A program made the translations under genes and the position numbers. DNA of 37,189 bases from Macrostomum lignano (Eukaryota): assembly GCA_002269645.1 (NCBI GenBank), contig NIVC01004715.1, positions 1 to 37,189 on the forward strand, in the 5' to 3' direction. How positions within the stretch are numbered: position 1 is the first letter of the stretch; each line of letters begins with the position of its first letter. Under the pieces are notes generated by a model. That model was not told the origin of the DNA, did no database searches, and saw only the letters and a list, made by a program, of their open reading frames with translations. Shown one piece after another: positions 11,775 to 22,370 of this stretch.

Positions 11775-12475
11775 ACATCCCCAAGACAGGTAGACAGCAA
11801 GCATCCCCCAGGATAGTAGTCTAAGTATCCCCCTAGATAATAAGCATCCCCCTAGATAGCAAGCATCCATCTAGATAGCAAGCATCCCCCCAGATAGCAA
11901 GCATCTACTTAGATAGCAAGCATCCCCCTAGACAAAAAGCATCTCCCAGATAGCAAGCATCCTCCTAGACAAAAAGCATCCCCCAAATAGCTTGAAGCAT
12001 CCTCCCAGATAGAAAGCATCGCCCCAGATAGCAAGCATCCCCCCAGACAAAAAGCATCCCCCAGATAGCAAGCATCCCCCCAGATAAAAAGCATCCCCTA
12101 AATAGTAGGCATCCCCCCAGATAGAAAGCATCTCCCTAGATAGCAAGCATCTGTTCATACATGCGCAACCTCCAAAATTTGGTTGGCCGTGTGACTTAGT
12201 TTTAACAAAAATGCGACATAGTTTTTGGCCAAAAATGCGACTTTCATCTAAAAAAACACAATTAATGCAACTTTGGGTAAACGGCAGAAGTAACTATGAC
12301 TGTCTTATAAAGCCAAAATGCCTCGTTAGCTACTTAGTACTACTACTTGGTGTTTTTTTCGGGTGGCATTTTTGCGACTTCCTTGGTTGACCGCCAAATC
12401 GGTCGGCCAGATCGGCCAACTCGGCTGACTGTTGCACATGTATGCATCTGTTAATAGCAAGCATCCCTGGATAGA
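11775..12475. repeat. Degenerate ~22-bp minisatellite (AGATAGCAAGCATCCCC..), interrupted by a MITE
   Basis: Tandem degenerate units run from 11775 to 12155, and the unit resumes right after the MITE TSD (AATAGCAAGCATCCC at about 12453). Confidence 0.85.
12156..12444. mobile_element. 289-bp non-autonomous TIR element (MITE), hAT- or P-type
   Basis: 14-bp TIRs CATACATGCGCAAC (12156-12169) and GTTGCACATGTATG (12431-12444), one mismatch. Perfect 8-bp TSD CATCTGTT (12148-12155 and 12445-12452). No ORF. Confidence 0.88.
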
Positions 12476-12477
12476 AA

Positions 12478-12575
12478 GAATCATTGGTTTATCAAGTGTA
12501 GTAATCATTGGTTTATCAAGTGCAATAATCCTTGGTTTATCAAGTGCAATAATCCTTGGTTTATCAAGTGCAGCA
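12478..12575. repeat. 24-bp tandem repeat (~4 copies, ATC(A/C)TTGGTTTATCAAGTG(C/T)AATA)
   Basis: Visible tandem units; source of the LDKPRIIA pseudo-ORF. Confidence 0.8.
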
Positions 12576-13258
12576 ATCCTTAGGCCTAGTTTATTAAGCA
12601 CTGTAATCCAGGTCTTTTCAATTAATCCTTTAATAAAAGCTTTTAATAAAAAGATAAATAAAAATAATTAAATAAATTTTTGCACTACTTTTATTATTAC
12701 ACTACTAAGATTCAAACCCAGGTCGTTGCATTAGTAGTCCAGTCTATTCAATTTACATATAGGCTAGCTCTCAGCAAAATTATAAGTGAATTTGTAGCAC
12801 TTATAATTTAATACTCACACTAAATCAATTAGAGTAAAAGACACACAAAGCAATTATGACATAATCAATTTCTAAGGCAAGTCAGTACTAGTCTCTATTA
12901 AAGTTAACAATAGGCCTATGGTTACGCAATATAAATCAAGTATTGTGCTATGCTTCCACACTGCATTTTCAATATTGTGACGCAATTCAATTGAGTCTCA
13001 AAATTTAGCCAGTATACAGACAATAAATAAAAAGCCTATTGTGATGCCATCTATTTTGGAATCAGAATTCAACTTGTCAGTTTTTTTCTTAGCATTCTTA
13101 CAATGCATTTCAAGTTGAAAGAGCTGCTTGAACTTTGCAAAAAAGCATGTTTTTCAAATATTTAATCCCTTTAGCATCAAGCAATTTTTTAGCCATAATG
13201 CAATAATGGAAAAATTCTAATTAAACAGTGCAAGTTTGAACAAAATCAGACTTTCATG

Positions 13259-15065
13259 CATGCAATTGAACTATCTATAGTAATAGTTTTTAAAGACCCA
13301 GACAGTTACTAAAGAGCTGGGCACATGAGGGGAAAATGAAATTAACTAACTAACTAACAAGCAAAGCAAGACAAGGGCTCCTACAATAACAATTTTTTCT
13401 ACTCTTTTTTGTTAACACAAATATATAATTAGACAGAACAAACTGTCTTACAAATACACATCAATTGGTGACAAGGATTAACAACCTATGGCGGCTATGG
13501 CCCTACCAATATCTGGACTAGATAGTGCAGATAATAAAGACGATGCTACTATCTGCAGCATTTGCTTGCAAACAATATTCATACCCCTTCTGCAAGAAAC
13601 CTGCAGAAGCTAACAAGCACAGATACTATACTCTAGGAGGTTATGAAGGCTATCCAAAGCTCCCAAACAATTGATAAAAGAAGACAGAGCTCAAGGCCTT
13701 TGCATAGATGCAAGACTAACTGACAATAGAAAATGGAATCCTGATCCATGGTGAACAAATTGTGTTGCCCAGCAGCCTAGTCAAGACAATCCTAAAGTGT
13801 GCCCATGAAAGACACCTGGAAATTGTATAAATAAAATGACTTCTGCAATCAGCATACTGGTGGCCAGGTATGGATAGTGCCATAACAAACTGTCAAGTTG
13901 TGTCTACTATGCTAGGATAGTGCTAAGTTGCACAAAATTATCATGCCAAATGATAGACCAGTTGAAAAGCCTGGTCAAAGCTCGCAATTGACATCATCAG
14001 GTTGTTTGCAATTGCTCCACAAAATCAATGATTTATTGATTACTACTTGTCATATCTCGAGATCCTCACTGGAGACACAAGATCACCAAGGCTAATCAAC
14101 TGGCTGACAGAGGTCTTCAATCACTTCAGCAATCCTGATACCCTGGTATTTGACAACAGAAGCAGCTTTGTCTCTAGAGACATGGAGGACTTTCTCGCTT
14201 CATAAGATATTTGACACAAATATGTTCCACTGTATGAGCAAAGACAAAATGGCAAGGTGGAAATCTTCAATTGAATGCTGAAGCATGTGGCACAAACCTT
14301 TGAGGTTGAGCGGAAGAGTTTTGAAGAGGGCATGTAACATACTATATTCAGCTACTGCACAATTCCAAATGAGAATGGAGATACACCTGCAAAACTGCTA
14401 TTTGGCTACAACATAAGAGCAAATTTCCAGCCTTGCAGAGCAACCAAGGTCAATGAAACATAGAACAAGCTAGTGACCACATTAAAACAGGAACTGCAGC
14501 AAGTATTCAAGCAACACTTCAAAGTTGGTGATCTGGTATGTATTTGTTTGCCACATTTGCCAAAGGGCAGGTCCCCCTTTACCTCTCCATTCAAAGTCAC
14601 CAAAGTGGTTGGCAACTTCATATACCAACTAGACAATGGGAAGGTTTGGACTGCGCCCAACTTGGTACCATTCAGATGAGACAAAAAGCGACAGAACCAG
14701 TTGAGATACAGTCAAGTAGAGTGCACCAACAGCATGTCCATTGGTCCAAAAGACAAAATAAAGGAATGCCACTTAAGCAACTGATTGAGGAAGTATGAAC
14801 AACCAAGTGGAGAGTGCACTATTTAAGGAGGAGGGAAGTTGATATGGATTTTAACTATGGAATTTTACACATGCAGTTGAACTATCTATGGTCATAATTC
14901 TTGAAGACCCAGACAATTACTAAAGAGCTAGGCACACAAGGAAAAATGGAATTAACTAACTAATGAGCAGAGTAAGACAAGGGCTCCTATGATAACAAAT
15001 TATTTCTAATCCTTTTTTTAACACAAATATACAATTAGATGGAACAAATTATTTTATAAATACAT
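13259..15065 (+). mobile_element. Degenerate, internally deleted Ty3/Gypsy LTR retrotransposon
   Basis: Diverged direct repeats (LTRs) at about 13259-13463 (5'-truncated) and about 14840-15065. PBS-like TGGTGACAAGGAT at about 13467 and polypurine tract AAGGAGGAGGGAAG at about 14825. Integrase remnants: AHERHLEIV*IK*LLQSAYWWPGMD (zinc finger), LAID, FSNPDTLVFDN, QRQNGKVEIFN*MLK, TPAKLLFG, FKVGDLV. No protease/RT/RNase H sequence was recognised. Confidence 0.9.
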
Positions 15066-15180
15066 ATTACTAGGCTTATTAAAGAGTGGTTCTACAATAT
15101 TAGATAAATTCATTTTAGTCAAAATCATATTATATATTGTCTATGGCCTAGGCCTAGCTGAAATTCAATTTTAAGTATCA

Positions 15181-15279
15181 GATTAAACATGCCTTTTGAG
15201 GGAGTTATTTGTATAAATCACGAGGGCCTGAGGCCTGAGGGATTTATGAAAATAACTCCCGAAAAAGGCATGTGTAATC
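15181..15279. mobile_element. 99-bp imperfect palindrome, probable non-autonomous element
   Basis: GATTAAACATGCCTTTTGAGGGAGTTATTTGTATAAATC is mirrored by GATTTATGAAAATAACTCCCGAAAAAGGCATGTGTAATC, around a central GGCCTGAGGCC. The palindrome is directly visible; mobile origin is inference. Confidence 0.55.
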
Positions 15280-16134
15280 TCGTATAAACCATAGACATTA
15301 AGACTTTGTGGGATATTATTGAATATTACCAAATAAAATCCCGGAGAACGCAAATATTGTCACAGAAAGTCTTTATTTCTATGGATTATTTTTATTTAGT
15401 CTTTATGGCTACATCATGGCAAGATAAAAAGAGTCAAAAAGTGAGTAGTGCCTTAGAACTTGTTAATAGCCTAGCAATTATCCCATGTAGGCCTAGTGTA
15501 TCTCTAACTATAATATTATTGATGTAATTGTCCAGTTATCAAATAGATAGTATACTAGCCTTAGGCATAGGTGTAGGCTGCATTCTGTAAGGCAATGAGC
15601 ACAGAGCACTTATAGCTCGTATTTGCTGTTGGTCCATAGGCTAGTGTTAGGCTAGATGGAGATTCCACTGAAGCCTGATATCAATTGCCTATATTTTGTT
15701 TTTTTATTCAAATTATTTTAGTTATTAAATTCAGTTGGGGTGCGCTCCTCCCATAGAGTTTTCTTTATTTTTTATATAGAAAATACACATTATTGTGTAT
15801 ATATACATGTACATGATATAAATATACATGTACCTTAGTAATCTGCACCCCCCCTCATTCAAAATTTTCTGGATCCGTACCTGCTGACTGGTAATTCACT
15901 AAGCCATCCATGCATCTGCATCTGCTTTTCTAGCTTCCCACTGTGGCAGCTCAGCTCTAGCAGTTTTTGACAGTCTGAGTAATTCCTGCCACTCCAATGC
16001 GCACCGCCTGGCCCAGTGCCAACTGCTGGCGTTGACCGTCCTCTGGCCAGTCCATTTTGCTGCTCCAACCAGGGCCTGCACCTGGACACCTGTGCGGAGT
16101 CTGGCAGTTGGGCCTCGCAGGCCAAGTCAGCCAG

Positions 16135-19029
16135 ATGTCCACTCTGCAGGGCGGCAACGGGAGCGGCGGCGTCGGAGGTGCGGGGCTACCCGAGCACATC
16201 TTGGTGCTGCACTCCGGCGACAAGCTGGTCCGCTGCGCCGCCTACATCGGCTCCTTCCCGGTGGAGGGCGCCGACCAGCGGCAGCGGACGGAGTTTGTCC
16301 ACCAGCAGCTCGAGGCGATGCAGGGCTGCGGCCGGTCCCGGCCCGTGCAGCTGTGGATCGCCCTGACTGGCGTCAAGGTGTGCGACCACACTGGGGAGCA
16401 GGTGAGCGGCCGCTTTTATAGCATTTGAAAAGATTTGAGCTTGTGAAAGAGACCAGCCACAGGCCACCTCCAGCCACAGACCATCTCCAGCCACAGACCA
16501 TCTCCAGCCACAGACCATCTCCAGCCACAGACCATCTCCAGCCACAGACCATCTCCAGTCACAGACCATCTCCAGCCACAGACCACCTCCAGCCACAGAC
16601 CATCTCCAGCCACAGACCATCTCCAGCCACAGGCCACCTCCAGCCACAGACCACCTCCAGCCACAGACCACCTCCAGCCACAGACCACCTCCAGCCACAG
16701 GCCACCTCCAGCCACAGACCACCTCCAGTCACAGACAACCTCCAGCCACAGGCCACCTCCAGCCACAGACCACCTCCAGCCACAGACCATCTCTGTAAAT
16801 TGTCACAGAATCCGCATCCCCAAGCCAGCACTGAGCGACCCTTCGGCCCGCAGGTGCTGATGGCGCACGCCCTTCGCCGCATCTCCTACGCGAACTGCAA
16901 CCCGGACCACCAGCAGTTCGCCTTCATGGCCCGCGAGCCCAAGACGCAGGTCAGTCTGCAGTATTGCCACGCCTTTGTCACGGACAGCGCTCAGCTGGCC
17001 GAGGAGCTCAACAACCTGCTGGGCGACTGCTTCAAGCTGGCCTACGCGCTGCAGCAGCAGCAGGAGCAGCGAAAGAAGCAGCAACAGCAGCAACAACAAC
17101 AGCAGCAGCAATTGCAGCAGCTCCCGCCGCCGCAGCCGGCTCCAACCGCCCAGCAACTGCTGATGAACGATCCCACCCTCGGCGCCCCTAATCGAGTCGG
17201 TAGCAACAGCGGCTTGCCCAGCAGCCTTGACTACCTGCGCCGCATCAACGCCTTTGCCCTTAGCAACGCTTGCGGCGGCCGCCAGCCCGCCCAGCCGTCG
17301 GCCCCCGGCGCCCCGGTGGAGAATTTCCGGTCCGCCTACGGCAACCCCGTCATCGTGCTGAAGGAGTGCATCGACCAGTCCGTGACATCCGGCGGCGGAA
17401 TCCTGGTTGGTCCCGCCGCTTTGGCTGCCGGCGGCAGCGGCGGTCGGGACACCGTGGACGCCCCGACCATCGGCAGGAACCTTGTGAACAACAACGGCTT
17501 CTCCGTTGGCACTGCGGCCCCCTCTGCTACCGATGTGGAGTCTCCGCCGCCGCCTCTGCCGCTTCGGTGAGAACTTTTTGTGCCTTGGCTGCTTTGAGGC
17601 ACCCACGAATCCTCGGGGCTTCCTCGTGAAGGGTCTGATCTGAGTTTCCTCATGAAGGGTCCAATAAAAGCTGGGTTTCCTCATGAAGGATTTGATAAAA
17701 GCTGGGCTTCCTCATGAAGGGTTGATGAAAGCAGGGTTTCCTCATGAAGGGTGCGATGAAAGCAGGGTTTCCTCATGAAGGGTCTGATGAAAGCAGGGCT
17801 TCCTCATGAAGGGTGTGATGAAAGCTGTGCTTCCTCATGAAGGGTCTGGTGAAAGCAGGGCTTCCTCATGAAGGATATGATGAAAGCAGGGTTTCCTCAT
17901 GAAGGGTCTGATGAAAGCAGGGTTTCCTCATGAAGGGTCTGATGAAAGCAGGGCTTCCTCATGAAGGGTGTGATGAAAGCAGGGTTTCCTCATGAAGGGT
18001 CTGATGAAAGCAGGGTTTCCTCATGAAGGGTCTGATGAAAGCAGGGCTTCCTCATGAAGGGTGTGATGAAAGCTGTGCTTCCTCATGAAGGGTCTGGTGA
18101 AAGCAGGGCTTCCTCATGAAGGATATGATGAAAGCAGGGTTTCCTCATGAAGGGTCTGATGAAAGCAGGGTTTCCTCATGAAGGGTCTGATGAAAGCAGG
18201 GCTTCCTCATGAAGGGTGTGATGAAAGCTGGGCTTCCTCATGAAGGGTGTGATGAAAGCTGTGCTTCCTCATGAAGGGTGTGATGAAAGCTGTGCTTCCT
18301 CATGAAGGGTCTGATCAAAGCAGGGTTTCCTCATGAAGGGCCTGATGAAAGCTGGGCTTCCTCATGAAGGGCCTGATCAAAGCAGGGTTTCCTCATGAAG
18401 GGCCTGATGAAAGCTGGGTTTCCTCATGAAGGGCCTGATGAGCAATTCCACTTTCTGCTCCTCCCAGTTACGACAGCCTGCGACCCTCTTCCTCCGACCG
18501 CACCCTGGAGCCGCCGCTGTCCTCTGAGCTGACCCCGGCAGCCTGGTATCAGGCCGACCTGCCCCGCGACCTCGCCCTCGAGCTGCTCAGCCGCGAGGAG
18601 ATCGGCGGCTTCATCGTCCGGGACAGCAGCACCCACGTGAACTGCTACGCCTTGTCCGTGCGGGTGCCGCGCCAGGACAACCCGTCGGGCTACGCGCACT
18701 ACCTGATCCAGCGCACCGCCAGGGGCGTCAAGCTCAAGGGCCTCCCCAAGGAGTGGCCCAGTCTGCAGTCGCTGGTGTGCCACCTGTCCGTGATGCCGGA
18801 GATGCTGCCCTGCCCGCTGCGGCTGCCCAGGCAGCAGGAGAACCCCATCTACTCCGAGCACCCGCCCGTCCCGCCCGGGGCTGGGGGCAGCGGAGGTGGC
18901 GGGCCAGCGAACCCGGAACCGGAGGATCTGGCGGGCCAGGCGTGCCCCTACGGCTTGAACCTGCCACCCGATGAAGACTATCAGAGACTGTCCGACTTCA
19001 GCTCCATCATGGCCGAGCTGCGAGTCTGA
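16135..19029 (+). CDS. SH2D5: PTB + SH2 domain adaptor, SH2D5-like (~513 aa)
   Basis: Exons 16135-16401, 16854-17566 and 18468-19029, GT-AG, phases 0 and 2. The PTB domain (YIGSFPV...VLMAHALRRISY...FAFMAREP...YCHAF) matches recalled SH2D5 motifs. It is followed by a polyQ linker (about 17052-17122) and a C-terminal SH2 (WYQADLPRDLALELL...GGFIVRDSST...YALSVRV...WPSLQSLV). An additional upstream exon cannot be excluded (acceptor-like CAG at 16118-16120). Confidence 0.85.
16453..16792. repeat. 17-bp minisatellite (CCAGCCACAGACCATCT) in SH2D5-like intron 1
   Basis: About 20 tandem copies. Confidence 0.95.
17620..18440. repeat. 31-bp minisatellite (TTTCCTCATGAAGGGTCTGATGAAAGCAGGG) in SH2D5-like intron 2
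   Basis: About 26 copies. A variant block recurs at 248-bp (8-mer) spacing (17821 and 18069). Confidence 0.96.
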
Positions 19030-19157
19030 TAGAGATTTCATTCAGTTGCCGATATGTATCGAAACTCGCGTAAATGTAGGCGATTTTTTACACATCAGAA
19101 TCGATTTTGCAGTACAGGCGGAGCCGGGCCAGTAAATTTCAAGCAATCTCTGACTGC

Positions 19158-19935
19158 CTGTCTGAATCGCTGTTGGAATGCCGGTCTTCTCCACCTGTCT
19201 GAGACTGATTCGGTGTTGGAATGCCGGTCTTCTCCACCTGTCTGAGACTGATTCGCTGTTGGAATGCCGGTCTTCTCCACCTGTCTGAGACTGATTCGCT
19301 GTTGGAATGCCGGTCTTCTCCATCTGTCTGAGACTGATTCGGTGTTGGAATGCCGGTCTTCTCCACCTGTCTGAATCGCTGTTGGAATGCCGGTCTTCTC
19401 CACCTGTCTGAGACTGATTCGGTGTTGGAATGCCGGTCTTCTCCACCTGTCTGAGACTGATTCGCTGTTGGAATGCCGGTCTTCTCCATCTGTCTGAGAC
19501 TGATTCTCTGTTGGAATGCCGGTCTTCTCCACCTGTCTGAGACTGATTCGCTGTTGGAATGCCGGTCTTCTCCATCTGTCTGAGACTGATTCGCTGTTGG
19601 AATGCCGGTCTTCTCCATCTGTCTGAGACTGATTCTCTGTTGGAATGCCGGTCTTCTCCACCTGTCTGAGACTGATTCGCTGTTGGAATGCCGGTCTTCT
19701 CCACCTGTCTGAGACTGATTCGCTGTTGGAATGCCGGTCTTCTCCACCTGTCTGAGACTGATTCGCTGTTGGAATGCCGGTCTTCTCCATCTGTCTGAGA
19801 CTGATTCGCTGTTGGAATGCCGGTCTTCTCCACCTGTCTGAGACTGATTCGCTGTTGGAATGCCGGTCTTCTCCACCTGTCTGATTCGCTGTTGGAATGC
19901 CGGTCTTCTCCACCTGTATGATTCTCACCTGTCTG
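19158..19935. repeat. 43-bp minisatellite (GCTGTTGGAATGCCGGTCTTCTCCACCTGTCTGAGACTGATTC) downstream of SH2D5-like
   Basis: About 18 copies, some lacking GAGACTG. It explains the three overlapping VEKTGIPTANQSQ pseudo-ORFs. Confidence 0.96.
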
Positions 19936-20584
19936 ATGATGGGAACTCAGGTTTTCGAAAACCTTCAATTCCTCTTAGCTGATGAAGCATCTGAAACGAA
20001 GGCCCGGTGATGCCGATTGTCAATCAATGCACTATTAGTAGCTATTTAGATGCCTGGGCAAAGCTGCCTGTTGTATCCTGCATGCTGACTGTATTTAATA
20101 ACATATATAAATATGTATTAGGAATTGTTTATCGAATCCTGATTGCTTATAAATGATTAATTCTGCCGTCAAAGCTGTACTACCGTCTCCAGGGACGGTC
20201 ATAGCAGAGATTACAGTCCCCTGTTGCTAAGGAACGGTGCGGCGTCGCCCCTGCGCTTTTTTATTCTAGTCCGGCCTTTTTTAATTCCACCCGGCGCCTG
20301 AATCACCGTGTTCACAGGCAGGGGCTGCCCGCCTCCGCTGCACACCTGTTGCTTCTTCCCACTGTTTGCACTTTGACTGTCCCGTCTTTTATCCCCGCGT
20401 GTCCCGCGCGTCATCAGCCGGCCGGACTGCTGGGCCATGACAGATACGGGCATTCAAGTCTCAGCGGCCACCGCGGGCACTCGGTCTCCACAGGAGCTTT
20501 TAGTCTGCTTTCTTTTTCTGCTTTTAAAGGCCCTTCTGTACTACTTAAGGGAATCAAAAGACATCCCGATTGCTAGGCGTTTGC

Positions 20585-21030
20585 TGTGAGATTGTTATAC
20601 GGTTGCTATGTGGTTGCTAAGGTAGACAGTTACTATGTGGTTGCTAAGGTAGATGTTACTATGTGGTTGCTAAGGTAGACGGGTGCTATGTGGTTGCTAA
20701 GGTAGATGTTACTATGTGGTTGCTAAGGTAGACGGGTGCTATGTGGTTGCTAAGGTAGATGTTACTATGTGGTTGCTAAGGTAGACGGGTGCTATGTGGT
20801 TGCTAAGGTAGATGTTACTATGTGGTTGCTAAGGTAGACGGGTGCTATGTGGTTGCTAAGGTAGATGTTACTATGTGGTTGCTAAGGTAGACGGGTGCTA
20901 TGTGGTTGCTAAGGTAGATGTTACTATGTGGTTGCTAAGGTAGACGGGTTACTATGTGGTTGCGAAGGTGACGGTTACTAATGTGGTTGCTAAGGTAGAC
21001 AGTTACTATGTGGTTGCTTGGCAACTGCTT
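20585..21030. repeat. 26/27-bp alternating minisatellite (53-bp dimer)
   Basis: TATGTGGTTGCTAAGGTAGATGTTAC alternates with TATGTGGTTGCTAAGGTAGACGGGTGC; period 53 (e.g. 20651, 20704). Confidence 0.95.
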
Positions 21031-22084
21031 TTAATTACTCTATCCATTCTGGGGTTAGCACTCAATCATGACTGCTTCTACATATGTAGGCATGGACAGC
21101 GGTTTTAACTTATTAATTGATGGCTTAAATATTTTCTTAGTCTTTCAAGCTTCCCTTCGCCTTTGGTCTCCGCCTCCTGTCTTCTTGCAGCCCCCCGTTT
21201 TCAGACTGGAAAATTGCAGCCACTGCTTCTCATTTGCTGCACAGCCTGTCAGTAGCGCAGCTTGCGCGGATCTCTGCCTGGCCATTCGCTTATTTTACAC
21301 GCAGAGCCCGGGCGCCACCCCCTGTGTTCGCTGCGCTGACTCGCCAGCTGTTTTTTTCCGTTTTGCCGCCTTCGAACTTCAATTAACCCCGGCTTTTTGC
21401 TGCTTGTCCACTTTGTGTTTTTACTTGGCAATCTCCACTGATGACGGAGGATTTTTGCTGGATTTTTACCGCTTGCTTGAGCAGTTCACTCTGTGTATCC
21501 CGGTTCCCCCTGCGAGTTTCTGTCCCCCTCCGCTTCCGAGCTGAACTCAGTCTCAGGCCAGTCTGCCTATACTTGCTGCATATCGGGCCCTGCACTGACA
21601 CCCCTGCCCAGCCATTCACAGGCTTAGCAATTCAAGAAAATTCTTGTAAGTTTCAGTTCTGCACATCGGCTCAATCATGATTGATGACACTTTCTGTTTA
21701 TGTTTTGATTGCCTTGGCGAATAATATCAGTGCGAATTTTACATTTCACTCTACTGCTGCTGCTTCAGATGCAGTAGCATGATTAGCGCATGCGCTGTAC
21801 TATTTAATTTCTGACAAGCCCGTATTTATATTTAAATATAAGAAGCCGTTCTGTTTCTCCTTGACAAAGTCGCTGATTAATCACAAATTTTGCTCCGTAT
21901 TTCTAATTGTCGAATCGCTGAGTCTCCTTAGCCTTCTGTCTTTATCTGATCGCTGCGACTGAGCAGCTTCTCGCTGGAAATTGCTTCAAGGGGGCTGATT
22001 TGCAGAGGCTTCTTGCTTGCTTCTGGTTCATATCGTCCCCAGCCAGGCTTTCGCGCAGAGGAAGGGGGACTGCCAGTTAGTGCA

Positions 22085-22370
22085 AAAATATCGACTACGC
22101 GGACAATGTCACTGCCACTGTGGCTGGACCATCACCCGCGGTCCTCAGAGACCTCCTTCAAGCCTTCATCCACCATGCCGAGCGCTGGGTACGCAGCTGC
22201 GGTCCTCTGGTGGATTTACACTGCCATTGTGAGACAGGCCATCTCATTCACCGGCTTCATTTGGAACAGTGCCCTGGAAGTGAAAGGGGTTTTTGAATCT
22301 CTCAACAAGGTGCAAGGCCGCGCTTGTCGAGCTATCATGAGTGCGACTTCTCTAAGCCCTTTGTTTGAGT
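22085..22370 (+). mobile_element. Non-LTR retrotransposon (LINE) RT fragment, R1/LOA-like, internally deleted
   Basis: One frame gives DYADNVTATVAGPSPAVLRDLLQAFIHHAERWVRSCG (YADD region, TAC at 22096). It is fused out of frame to LWWIYTAIVRQAISFTGFIW...LNKVQGRACRAIMSA, the post-RT motif typical of R1/LOA/Lian-type LINEs. Confidence 0.75.

Noticed and set aside
19042-19968. 308/277/245-aa minus-strand ORFs
   Set aside because: They derive from a 43-bp tandem repeat and show the same peptide in all three frames.
20170-20205. Hairpin ACCGTC-TCCAGG-GACGGT as a Helitron 3' end
   Set aside because: No CTRR terminus follows at the expected distance and no 5' TC end was identified.
21068-21680. Possible LINE ORF1/gag remnant on the minus strand (PICSKYRQTG resembles a broken zinc knuckle)
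   Set aside because: It has multiple stops and no complete CCHC motif, and it is in the opposite orientation to the RT fragment. Support is insufficient.
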